Below, in pieces: positions 1 to 7,163 of a stretch of 54,809 nt of DNA; position 1 is the first letter of the stretch, and the number at the start of each line of letters is the position of its first letter. The DNA lies in contig LNGC01000001.1 in assembly GCA_001587715.1 (NCBI GenBank), forward strand, positions 1 to 54,809, in the 5' to 3' direction. A model generated the notes under the pieces. That model searched no databases. It was given only the letters and a program-made list of their open reading frames with translations, and was not told the origin of the DNA. The translations under genes and the position numbers were made by a program. This stretch comes from Candidatus Methanofastidiosum methylothiophilum (GTDB lineage Archaea > Methanobacteriota_B > Thermococci > Methanofastidiosales > Methanofastidiosaceae).

Positions 1-250
1 CATTAGCCAATACGTAGGCTAGTTTTGCTTCTACTTCTTTTTGTTGTCTTATTATTTCTTCCATTTTAAAAACACCTCTTTTCTCATCCTTAAGTGGGGG
101 ATGATAGTAATATCCTTTGCTTGACATCCGATAAATCACTGAATTTTTAGAACGCCCTAATATTTCTCCTATTTCGGTTCCGTTCAGTCCTTTTTCATGG
201 TATAACTCATAAAGCTTTAAATCTTCTTTGTATGTCCAATCAACAGCCAT
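1..250 (-). CDS. Myb/SANT-like HTH protein, partial (3' end leaves window)
   Basis: Hand translation from ATG 250-248: MAVDWTYKEDLKLYELYHEKGLNGTEIGEILGRSKNSVIYRMSS... It shows the same W-x3-ED...EIG..LGRS..SV pattern as both repeats of the 5275-5697 product. It is absent from the ORF track because no stop lies inside the window. Confidence 0.5.
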   Translation of the reverse strand, partial: MAVDWTYKEDLKLYELYHEKGLNGTEIGEILGRSKNSVIYRMSSKGYYYHPPLKDEKRGVFKMEEIIRQQKEVEAKLAYVLAN

Positions 251-270
251 AAATATCCACTTACTACTTT

Positions 271-891
271 TTATTCATTCAAATATACACATAATTTCCA
301 GACAGGATTACCAGCGTACTTTTTTAACTGTTTTGCGGTTTCTCGTGGAGTTTCTAGTTTTTGGTAGTGGTGCATGGATAATTTTCCGTTTTCGAGTTCT
401 GTTTTTGGTATTTTAAGCTCTCTTAAACTCTCAATTAATACAAATAGTTCTTTAATTGTTTCTAGTTCTATGAAGTAAGTGTCATAGTCTAAACAGCAAC
501 AGATAAGACTGTTTTTATCATAGTTCACTCTGTTTACCATTTTTAACCAACCTATCTGTTGCCAGGTGTTGGTTAGGTATAAGTAGAATGGTTTGTCTGG
601 TAAATTGAGTATAACTTCTTTTGCTTCTTGTTTTTTAAATTTATGAAACTCTGATTCTGTTATTAGCCACATGCTGCGTCTTAGTTCATTTGATAGTTTG
701 ATTAGTGGTTGGCAGTGTGGGCATATTACTGTTCCTTGGCTGATTTCGACTGCTTTGGTCATGTTTGCTCCGAATTTCTTTTTATATCCTTTTGTGGTTG
801 TTTTTCCACATAAACAGCATACACCTTTTAGTTCCCCGTTTTGGGGCGTGATTTGTTTGTGTTTGCATATTAATTCGCTTAATGTTTCCAT
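271..891 (-). CDS. hypothetical protein with Cys-rich (CCLCG...CPHC) N-terminus
   Basis: ORF track, 206 aa. The ATG is preceded by GAGGTGA 7 nt upstream. It is the first gene downstream of the left copy of the 30-bp TATA-containing repeat. Confidence 0.6.
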   Translation of the reverse strand: METLSELICKHKQITPQNGELKGVCCLCGKTTTKGYKKKFGANMTKAVEISQGTVICPHCQPLIKLSNELRRSMWLITESEFHKFKKQEAKEVILNLPDKPFYLYLTNTWQQIGWLKMVNRVNYDKNSLICCCLDYDTYFIELETIKELFVLIESLRELKIPKTELENGKLSMHHYQKLETPRETAKQLKKYAGNPVWKLCVYLNE

Positions 892-924
892 ATTTTTTTC
901 ACCTCATTTTTTTGTCACATAATA

Positions 925-954
925 CATTATTTATAGGTGTGATTCCAAAGTAAC
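925..954. repeat. 30-bp exact direct repeat, left copy (cattatttataggtgtgattccaaagtaac); carries TATAAATA on the minus strand
   Basis: Identical 30-mer at 54754-54783. Imperfect similarity extends to about 905-975 versus 54738-54805. Confidence 0.9.
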
Positions 955-976
955 CTATCACTTAGAAATTAGGGTC

Positions 977-1066
977 TTAAATTTTGCTATAAAAAAATAT
1001 TCCTAGACCAAATCCACCTATAAATCCAAATATTAACCCATAATAAGCTGCTGAATATATATCCAT
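977..1066 (-). CDS. small hydrophobic peptide (29 aa)
   Basis: Hand translation MDIYSAAYYGLIFGFIGGFGLGIFFYSKI*. GAGGT lies 8 nt upstream. Below the ORF-track size cutoff. Confidence 0.3.
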   Translation of the reverse strand: MDIYSAAYYGLIFGFIGGFGLGIFFYSKI

Positions 1067-1067
1067 A

Positions 1068-1190
1068 TCATTTTACCTCTTCTTTTTTTGCTGTTAATCT
1101 CATACAATCACTGCATAGGTAATAAGTTGCACTTGGAAATTCAGTGTATATTATTTCTGTGTTTTTGCTCTGGGAGTGCTTACACCTCAT
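1068..1190 (-). CDS. small zinc-finger-like protein (40 aa)
   Basis: Hand translation MRCKHSQSKNTEIIYTEFPSATYYLCSDCMRLTAKKEEVK*. C-x-H ... C-x2-C pattern. Its start overlaps the upstream stop (ATGAGGTGTAA). Confidence 0.35.
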   Translation of the reverse strand: MRCKHSQSKNTEIIYTEFPSATYYLCSDCMRLTAKKEEVK

Positions 1191-1359
1191 TCATTCCAGC
1201 CTCATTTGCTTTTGTTACGGCTTTTAATGGGTTCATGGGTGGTCCATAATATGATTGGTGGCAGATGGGGCATCGGTAAAGTGTTGCACCAGTTACTACT
1301 CTGCTATGGGTTATTATAACCTCGCTGGGCGTGTTGTGGCAGATATTACTATTTTCCAT
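1180..1359 (-). CDS. small Cys/His-rich protein (59 aa)
   Basis: Hand translation MENSNICHNTPSEVIITHSRVVTGATLYRCPICHQSYYGPP... GAGGAATGA lies upstream of the ATG. Confidence 0.4.
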   Translation of the reverse strand: MENSNICHNTPSEVIITHSRVVTGATLYRCPICHQSYYGPPMNPLKAVTKANEAGMNEV

Positions 1360-1365
1360 AGTTTA

Positions 1366-1542
1366 TCATTCCTCTAATAATTTAATTGATGCAGTCCATT
1401 TTTTATATTTCTTTCCGTGCATTATTCCCGCACAAAAGAACATAACAACAACCCCTATCATTGCAATTCCATTATTATGTGTAAATAGTCCTGTAATGCT
1501 GGTGATTAGGCTTATAATCCATATTATATCTGCTATTGACAT
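1366..1542 (-). CDS. small membrane protein (58 aa, about 2 TM)
   Basis: Hand translation MSIADIIWIISLITSITGLFTHNNGIAMIGVVVMFFCAGIMHGKKYKKW... GGAGGA lies 8 nt upstream. The plus-strand track ORF 1331-1579 is its antisense shadow. Confidence 0.45.
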   Translation of the reverse strand: MSIADIIWIISLITSITGLFTHNNGIAMIGVVVMFFCAGIMHGKKYKKWTASIKLLEE

Positions 1543-1545
1543 ATT

Positions 1546-1758
1546 TCAATCCTCCTTTATGTATTCTATCAACATATAATCCCCACTATACCTTAATTCA
1601 CCACAGCTATTTTCTATTGCCAACATACCTGTGTCATCGAAGAGTATATGACAATTATAAGAGGGGTGGAATCCTACTTCTTTTTGTATTTCTGTTATTT
1701 TTTTGTAATGGTCTGAGTAGAATATTTCGAGCTTTTTTTTATCTAAAATCATGAACAT
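1546..1758 (-). CDS. hypothetical protein (70 aa)
   Basis: ORF track. GGGAGATGA lies upstream. Tightly packed in a co-directional array. Confidence 0.5.
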   Translation of the reverse strand: MFMILDKKKLEIFYSDHYKKITEIQKEVGFHPSYNCHILFDDTGMLAIENSCGELRYSGDYMLIEYIKED

Positions 1759-1775
1759 AGCTTATCATCTCCCTT

Positions 1776-2048
1776 TTAATTACCTGTTTTATCTTCGTTT
1801 ATCACTCTTTTAAACTCCCATTTCCCAGATTCCCCACTAAATTCAACCTCCACATCCTTAACCTCCACAGTATTCAAGTTTTCGTTGAATGAAAATATGG
1901 AGGGTAATTGTTCTGGAGGGATTATTATTCTATACCATCCGCCACTTGGGAAATCGGCTTCAACATAAGCTATGCTTAAAAAGGTATCATTCATGAGGTT
2001 CCTTTCATATTTTAATTCAACGATTTTAACAATCCGTGTAAAACTCAT
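1776..2048 (-). CDS. hypothetical protein (90 aa)
   Basis: ORF track. Co-directional with neighbours and has an SD-like GGATAGGA upstream. Confidence 0.55.
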   Translation of the reverse strand: MSFTRIVKIVELKYERNLMNDTFLSIAYVEADFPSGGWYRIIIPPEQLPSIFSFNENLNTVEVKDVEVEFSGESGKWEFKRVINEDKTGN

Positions 2049-2051
2049 TTT

Positions 2052-2225
2052 TCATCCTATCCTCACCAATCCTAAATTCCACCTTATTAATTCTATAAAA
2101 ACAGCCAACCAGATAATTAAAGCAATTTTATACAATAGAGGGGCTTTAATCAATGCTTTTTTTAAATTGTAGATTGCTTGATTCATTTCTTCCAATGCTT
2201 CCTTTGCAGATTTACTTCTTTTCAT
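2052..2225 (-). CDS. small membrane protein (57 aa)
   Basis: Hand translation MKRSKSAKEALEEMNQAIYNLKKALIKAPLLYKIALIIWLAVFIELIRWNLGLVRIG*. It fills the gap between 2048 and 2226. Confidence 0.4.
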   Translation of the reverse strand: MKRSKSAKEALEEMNQAIYNLKKALIKAPLLYKIALIIWLAVFIELIRWNLGLVRIG

Positions 2226-2609
2226 CTATATCATCTCCCATTTCTCCTTGTTAGTATCCCATTTTTTATTGTAGCATGTTTCCATGACAAACAAGATCAT
2301 CATAGTGTTTAAATCAAGATGATAACGTTGTGGATTGTCAGCCCAATTCACCAATTGAGCAAGTAACGGTACAACATAGTGGCTTTTAACATGTTTAAGA
2401 TACATTTCGATTAAATCTTCAATCCGAGGACACCATGTTAAATTATCTTTAAGTCCTTCTAAATTTAAAACAGTCACAGCTCCCACCTTTGTTAAACCTA
2501 TTACTCTTTCTTCATCCCCATATACATGTAAATCCCCTTCTTTAGGTTTCCACATGTCTTGTATTTCCGTTGCAGCACACACCATTTTTATAAACATTTC
2601 ATCAATCAT
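2226..2609 (-). CDS. hypothetical protein (127 aa)
   Basis: ORF track. GGGTGAAAGAGT-ATG type RBS. Confidence 0.6.
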   Translation of the reverse strand: MIDEMFIKMVCAATEIQDMWKPKEGDLHVYGDEERVIGLTKVGAVTVLNLEGLKDNLTWCPRIEDLIEMYLKHVKSHYVVPLLAQLVNWADNPQRYHLDLNTMMILFVMETCYNKKWDTNKEKWEMI

Positions 2610-2627
2610 ACTCTTTCACCCTCTTTT

Positions 2628-2873
2628 TTACTTCCGTAAACCTAAGTTTAACGAAGTTAAATGCCTTAACCCCACCCAATTCTTTTCACCGTTATAAATT
2701 TCCAGTTCTATTTCCTCTGATTTAACTTTCTGTTTATATGAATCATTTACAATCCATTGGGTGTGATATTTCATGAAATTTTTATATTGTTTATCAGAAT
2801 ATTTATCCCCCCACCAATGGTTTTCAAAATAATAATTAAGAACATCTTTTTGTTTTTGTGTTAATTCATACAT
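2628..2873 (-). CDS. hypothetical protein (81 aa)
   Basis: ORF track. GGAGGTGTAAAAAATG start. Overlaps the methyltransferase gene end by 8 nt. Confidence 0.55.
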   Translation of the reverse strand: MYELTQKQKDVLNYYFENHWWGDKYSDKQYKNFMKYHTQWIVNDSYKQKVKSEEIELEIYNGEKNWVGLRHLTSLNLGLRK

Positions 2874-3327
2874 TTTTTACACCTCCTTTAAAAATTACTA
2901 TTGCACTAGCAAATGGTGCTGAATTATTTGTATAACTATTTTCAAATTTTAATCTCCCCCGAATAAATCTTATTTCTCCTTTCATACAATAATCATGCCA
3001 ATAACTAACATCAGTACGAACAGGTAATAGTAATACGCTAGTTACTCCCTTCTTCGATTCATTATATGCCTTTTTAACCCATGCTTCAATTGTTCCCCTT
3101 CCACCATAAGGAGGATTACACCAAACAGTTTCATTACTCCAATCCTGTTTAAGACCATCTTCTTCTTTGGTGAAATATCGTTCACATTTATTATTAGTTG
3201 AAGTTGCTGCTACATCTAAAGTAAAATGAAATTCACCATTCAATTTATCAAAGAATTTCTGGGGTGTTATCCACTCATCGGTTTTATAATTAAACCTTTT
3301 CTTATTCATTGTGACTAAACGACTCAT
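2866..3327 (-). CDS. DNA N6-adenine methyltransferase, small phage Dam-like type
   Basis: 153 aa with EWITPQ...FTLDVAAT...WCNPPYG...LLLPVRTD..W, the layout of the phage N-6-adenine-MTase family. No adjacent restriction enzyme. Confidence 0.8.
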   Translation of the reverse strand: MSRLVTMNKKRFNYKTDEWITPQKFFDKLNGEFHFTLDVAATSTNNKCERYFTKEEDGLKQDWSNETVWCNPPYGGRGTIEAWVKKAYNESKKGVTSVLLLPVRTDVSYWHDYCMKGEIRFIRGRLKFENSYTNNSAPFASAIVIFKGGVKNV

Positions 3328-3366
3328 TCTTTCACCTTTTATTTCGTTATATGTGACTATAACGAA

Positions 3367-3534
3367 CTAAATCTTTTCACGCCTTGCCAAATTTGGATCT
3401 TCTATTGTTCCAGCATTGCAGGGATAATCACAACTGTTTAATCCATTATGCCAGTATGGACTATGTGGAACACCATGTTTGCATAATTCTTCATTCCCAA
3501 AATAAGGGCATGATTCCATATTGCATATTAACAT
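3367..3534 (-). CDS. small Cys-rich protein (55 aa)
   Basis: Hand translation MLICNMESCPYFGNEELCKHGVPHSPYWHNGLNSCDYPCNAGTIEDPNLARREKI*. Its leader is identical to that of the 4060-4830 gene. Confidence 0.45.
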   Translation of the reverse strand: MLICNMESCPYFGNEELCKHGVPHSPYWHNGLNSCDYPCNAGTIEDPNLARREKI

Positions 3535-3560
3535 CTTTTTTCACATCCCTTTTTTTTGTA
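3532..3560 (-). promoter_or_regulatory. 29-bp exact repeated translation leader, copy 1 (minus strand TACAAAAAAAAGGGATGTGAAAAAAGATG)
   Basis: Identical to 4828-4856. Both copies end in the ATG of a minus-strand gene. Confidence 0.8.
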
Positions 3561-3717
3561 ATCTAAACCCTACTGTACCTTCAACATGTAATTCATCACA
3601 CCCCTTAACCGTACACACAATATAACCAAGACTGATGCGTCCGTATCTCCGCATAGTAAGTCCATGTCCATAGGGGCATAGGTATTGTGTTTCCCTGTCT
3701 TCCTCAGTCGATGCCAT
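3541..3717 (-). CDS. small zinc-ribbon-like protein (58 aa)
   Basis: Hand translation MASTEEDRETQYLCPYGHGLTMRRYGRISLGYIVCTVKGCDELHVEGTVGFRLQKKGM*. GGTGA lies upstream. This stretch looks locally richer in G+C by eye. Confidence 0.4.
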   Translation of the reverse strand: MASTEEDRETQYLCPYGHGLTMRRYGRISLGYIVCTVKGCDELHVEGTVGFRLQKKGM

Positions 3718-3773
3718 ACTATTTTCACCATCCTTTTTGATGAAACTTTAAGAAAGTTTCTTCACCTCGTTTT

Positions 3774-4055
3774 TTATACATCACAGCCCCTTTTAAAATG
3801 GTTATTTCTCCATTCACTTAATATTTTTTGGCAATTTATATGATATTTAGCTATTGCAATCCTAGAATTAGCATAAGACAACGGAGAAGTATCTCCACTA
3901 AATAAAACCACTTCTAATTTTTTCCTTTCTTTTTCAAGTAAATCAGTTACTTTATCATCATCTGTCATCTCTTCTTCACCTCTTAGTTTTTGATGAACCT
4001 TTTTCCTAAAAAGGTTCGCCCCTATGATTTCAGTGGGACTTATGAAACTACACAT
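3774..4055 (-). CDS. hypothetical protein (93 aa; possible alternative start at Met30)
   Basis: ORF track. GAGGTG lies 7 nt before ATG 4055, and a second good SD (GAGGTGA) precedes the internal Met. Confidence 0.45.
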   Translation of the reverse strand: MCSFISPTEIIGANLFRKKVHQKLRGEEEMTDDDKVTDLLEKERKKLEVVLFSGDTSPLSYANSRIAIAKYHINCQKILSEWRNNHFKRGCDV

Positions 4056-4059
4056 CCTT

Positions 4060-4830
4060 TTACACCTCTAATTTAGACTGTTCAACATATTTCCGAAGTC
4101 TATTATCAATAATATCACAATACTTAGGCTCCTTTTCTATGAGGACACCTTCACGATTATATTTTTCACATACAACCCCCACAGTACCAGATCCAGCAAA
4201 AGGATCAAGAACCATATCTTTCTCATTAGATAAACTTAAAACCAACCTCTCAATTAATGCCTCTGGGAATTGACAGGGATGTTCTGTCTTTTCAGGGTGA
4301 TTATGAACCACATTCGGAATATACCACACATCACCCGGATTTTTCCCTAAAGGATTGCAGCTGTATTTTCCCTTCTTATCCCCTTTAAAATGTTTCTTTC
4401 GAGGATATTTTTGGGGAATCCTAACCAGGTCTAAATTAAAAATATAATCATCTGTTTTAGTAAACCACAAAACAGTTTCATAGCGCCCGCTAAATCTGTT
4501 ATTTGAGTGTAATCCATAGTCAAAGGTCCAGATGATACGGTTCTGGAATTTCAACCCCAAATCAGTAAAAATGTTAAAAAGATAAATATCAAGCGGTATT
4601 CTCTTCTTACCCTTAACATAAGTCCCAACCTGCCAACAGATGGAACCTGTATCTTTTAAGGTTCGTACACATTCTTTTATGATTTTGGCTTGTTGTTCTT
4701 TGTATTCTTCGAGATCTAAGTTATCATCATATTCTTTCCCAATGTTATAGGGGGGACTGGTGATGATTAATTGGATTTTTTTGTCTTGTATTAAGGGTAA
4801 GAAATTTTTACAGTCTTCATTAAAAACCAT
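4060..4830 (-). CDS. DNA methyltransferase (N4-C/N6-A, beta class)
   Basis: 256 aa with an N-terminal SPPY catalytic motif and a C-terminal DPFAGSGT AdoMet motif. This is the typical order of beta-class amino-methyltransferases. No adjacent restriction enzyme. Confidence 0.85.
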   Translation of the reverse strand: MVFNEDCKNFLPLIQDKKIQLIITSPPYNIGKEYDDNLDLEEYKEQQAKIIKECVRTLKDTGSICWQVGTYVKGKKRIPLDIYLFNIFTDLGLKFQNRIIWTFDYGLHSNNRFSGRYETVLWFTKTDDYIFNLDLVRIPQKYPRKKHFKGDKKGKYSCNPLGKNPGDVWYIPNVVHNHPEKTEHPCQFPEALIERLVLSLSNEKDMVLDPFAGSGTVGVVCEKYNREGVLIEKEPKYCDIIDNRLRKYVEQSKLEV

Positions 4831-4856
4831 CTTTTTTCACATCCCTTTTTTTTGTA
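4828..4856 (-). promoter_or_regulatory. 29-bp exact repeated translation leader, copy 2
   Basis: Identical to 3532-3560 and ends in the methyltransferase ATG. Confidence 0.8.
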
Positions 4857-4919
4857 TCATGTTCTATAAACCACCAATGCACCACCCGGTTCATCTCGTC
4901 TATAACATCCTTTAGTTCC

Positions 4920-5282
4920 TCACTCATCAATAAACAGCCCCAATTCATTAAACCGAGTAATTATATTACCGTTCAACTCAATTATACGAGAATAAAGCTT
5001 ATCTTCCACTTCTAACACCTTAAAAACATCCTTAATCCCTAACCTCTGCACCCATTTATAATCATCAAATAGAGCATTAGTCCTAAACATCAAAATGTCG
5101 GCAGAGTCATGGTAAAACCAGTATTCAATAACAAAAGCTGATTTGGGGGTATCAACCCTTATTTTTATTAAATCCCCTATTTTGGTGTTTTTTAGGACTT
5201 TTTTCTCGATTAATTTTATTTTTTCTTTTGCCTTTTTCTCGATAGTTCTTCTCTCTTTAATCAGTTCTTCAAAATCAGCCAT
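4920..5282 (-). CDS. hypothetical protein (120 aa)
   Basis: ORF track. The start is embedded in GAGGTGGCTGAGAATG. This is the leftmost gene using the GGTGGCT-type start motif. Confidence 0.55.
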   Translation of the reverse strand: MADFEELIKERRTIEKKAKEKIKLIEKKVLKNTKIGDLIKIRVDTPKSAFVIEYWFYHDSADILMFRTNALFDDYKWVQRLGIKDVFKVLEVEDKLYSRIIELNGNIITRFNELGLFIDE

Positions 5283-5697
5283 TCTCAGCCACCTCTAGTA
5301 CTCTATTATCTTCTATAGTTACCTCTTTAAGCCCTAATAATTCTATTACCTCCTCTGGCATCTCATCCCCTGGAGGTTTTATAGCAAACATCCCATTACA
5401 GAATCTGTTATTTACTGATGATTTACTCCTACCAATCAGCTCCCCTATTTCTTTATTATTCAGGAGAGTATGATTCTTATAGTACCAAACTATCCAATCC
5501 TCTTTAGGAGTCCATAAATTCCAAATACCCTTGTGTTCCATCCTATACCCATATTTCTCCACTAACCTTAATTCTGCTATTTTAGCATCTACAGCATCCC
5601 TACTCCTGCCTAACTTCTTACCTATTTCTCTGCTTGTTTTTTTCTCTTTAAACATTTTATCTAATTCTTTTTTATCGTTTTTAGTCCATTTTTTCAT
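5275..5697 (-). CDS. tandem Myb/SANT-like HTH DNA-binding protein
   Basis: Two repeats: WTKNDKKELDKMFKEKKTSREIGKKLGRSRDAVDAKI and WTPKEDWIVWYYKNH..NKEIGELIGRSKSSVNNRF. I moved the start to ATG 5697, directly after GAGGTGGCTATA; the track start is the GTG inside the SD. Confidence 0.65.
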   Translation of the reverse strand: MKKWTKNDKKELDKMFKEKKTSREIGKKLGRSRDAVDAKIAELRLVEKYGYRMEHKGIWNLWTPKEDWIVWYYKNHTLLNNKEIGELIGRSKSSVNNRFCNGMFAIKPPGDEMPEEVIELLGLKEVTIEDNRVLEVAENG

Positions 5698-5712
5698 TAT
5701 AGCCACCTCTTT

Positions 5713-6048
5713 TTATTTACTGTTCACCTCTATGAGGAGGTTATTCTCCTTTAATTTCTGTATAACCTTTTTACCTGCTGCTATACTTCTCTTAGCATCA
5801 TCTTTAGTAACATAACTCCCCAGGTAAAAATCTAGTTTATTCCATCTAAATCTAGCCTGGAACTTACCAGAGGGAGCTTTACTAACCCCCCTATATTCCT
5901 TAGGATTTTTTCTATATTTTTTCCTGATCTCCAGGATCTCCTGTTTACTACTTACTGGATCTAGTAACTCAGGCTCATCTAACTCAGGTACTAACTCAGA
6001 TTCTACTATTTTAGGTACTCCATTCTCCATAACTAAAACTTTACTCAT
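5713..6048 (-). CDS. AP2-domain DNA-binding protein
   Basis: YRGVSKAPSGKFQARFRWNKLDFYLGSYVTKDDAKRSIAAGKKV matches the AP2/integrase-type DNA-binding domain pattern (YRGV..GK..A.i...k...LG.f.t.eeA). Confidence 0.6.
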   Translation of the reverse strand: MSKVLVMENGVPKIVESELVPELDEPELLDPVSSKQEILEIRKKYRKNPKEYRGVSKAPSGKFQARFRWNKLDFYLGSYVTKDDAKRSIAAGKKVIQKLKENNLLIEVNSK

Positions 6049-6269
6049 CTTATAGCCACCTCTTTTTTTTCTTTAACATTAATCCCTAAACCTTCTAAAA
6101 ATTGTAAAAAACTATATCCAGGATTCCCTATGTTCTTACCCTGCTGCTGAATATACTGAGCAAATTCTTTATAAACTGGAGGATCCAAACAAACAATTAA
6201 AAAAAACTCATTCTTACTATTCAATCTATGCCTAAGCTCTCCCCTATCAATTATATTAACCCTATCCAT
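6045..6269 (-). CDS. hypothetical protein (74 aa)
   Basis: ORF track. Canonical AGAGGTGGCTGTATG start. Confidence 0.5.
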   Translation of the reverse strand: MDRVNIIDRGELRHRLNSKNEFFLIVCLDPPVYKEFAQYIQQQGKNIGNPGYSFLQFLEGLGINVKEKKEVAIR

Positions 6270-6280
6270 ACAGCCACCTC

Positions 6281-6523
6281 TTATTTTTTGTATTCCCTAC
6301 ATATCATATCATAAATATCTAGAAAATCACTAGGGTGTAAATCCCCTAAAAACAGAATTTCTCTACTAAACTTTATATTAATCCCTTTAAACAGACTTAT
6401 ATCCATTAGTTTACCTATAAAGTTTAAAATCTGCTCTTTATCCTTAAATTCACAGCAAATACATTTATCTTTTTGATCAGTCCAAACCTTAATCTCCTTA
6501 TTAAAAATATTAGAAGTTTCCAT
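6281..6523 (-). CDS. hypothetical protein (80 aa)
   Basis: ORF track. Canonical start motif. First gene downstream of the operator/TATA copy at 6571-6601. Confidence 0.5.
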   Translation of the reverse strand: METSNIFNKEIKVWTDQKDKCICCEFKDKEQILNFIGKLMDISLFKGINIKFSREILFLGDLHPSDFLDIYDMICREYKK

Positions 6524-6570
6524 TCTATAGCCACCTCTTATTTTTTAGGTATTTATATCTATATTCCTTA

Positions 6571-6601
6571 TCCCTTATATATGATTCTACTCAGTAGAAT
6601 C
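6571..6601 (-). promoter_or_regulatory. operator palindrome (GATTCTAC-TCA-GTAGAATC, 6583-6601) fused to a minus-strand TATA box (TATATAAG, 6574-6581); copy 3
   Basis: Aligns with 8943-8978 and 16538-16573 with 4 differences. Two of these are compensatory and keep the dyad. The ATG of 6281-6523 lies about 50 nt downstream. Confidence 0.5.
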
Positions 6602-6880
6602 TATCTCCTCTTTTAATGACCCTATAAACTGTTTAATCAAATCTACTTTCATTTGATCATGTTTCCTATTTAATCTAAAAGCCTCCTTTTTTGCAGTGCT
6701 TTTATCAATAAAAGATTTATCTAATGGTTTTTTCTTTAAAGTATCATAAACTCTCCATTCTGGATAAAGCTGATTAACATGATACCGATCTGTTATTTGG
6801 GGAGAAAAAAACTGGAATAACCCTAATAAATTCTCTTCTGTTTTAGTTAATTCCATATCCTTAAATCTTTCATTATCCAT
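6587..6880 (-). CDS. hypothetical protein (97 aa)
   Basis: ORF track. I moved the start to ATG 6880, preceded by GGAGGTAATTTGG. Confidence 0.5.
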   Translation of the reverse strand: MDNERFKDMELTKTEENLLGLFQFFSPQITDRYHVNQLYPEWRVYDTLKKKPLDKSFIDKSTAKKEAFRLNRKHDQMKVDLIKQFIGSLKEEIDSTE

Positions 6881-6901
6881 CCAAATTACCTCCATAACTT
6901 T

Positions 6902-7063
6902 CTATTTTAATCTTTCAAATACCAGCTCCCTCTTAGGCAGCCAGGTATCTCCTACTAACAAAGCCTTAGGAGATTCTCTGGAAACCTCCAGAACATCCCC
7001 TATAAATACTCCTGTCTTCTTAGATAACCAGCCTGGAATCTCCAGGATCTCAATCCTAAACAT
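6902..7063 (-). CDS. small protein (53 aa), possibly AbrB/SpoVT-like
   Basis: Hand translation MFRIEILEIPGWLSKKTGVFIGDVLEVSRESPKALLVGDTWLPKRELVFERLK*. It loosely resembles the swapped-hairpin 'iPk...g...GD.lev' pattern. Confidence 0.35.
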   Translation of the reverse strand: MFRIEILEIPGWLSKKTGVFIGDVLEVSRESPKALLVGDTWLPKRELVFERLK

Positions 7064-7162
7064 TTAATCCAGCCTCCTATCCTCTGCCAGTATATCCTCC
7101 CTTTCATCCTGCTCCCTTAATATCTCCTTAACTATAATACAATCCCTCTCAAAATAATCCAT
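7064..7162 (-). CDS. small acidic protein (32 aa)
   Basis: Hand translation MDYFERDCIIVKEILREQDEREDILAEDRRLD*. GAGGAGGA lies 5 nt upstream. Its stop abuts the next ATG (TAAATG). Confidence 0.3.
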   Translation of the reverse strand: MDYFERDCIIVKEILREQDEREDILAEDRRLD

Positions 7163-7163
7163 T

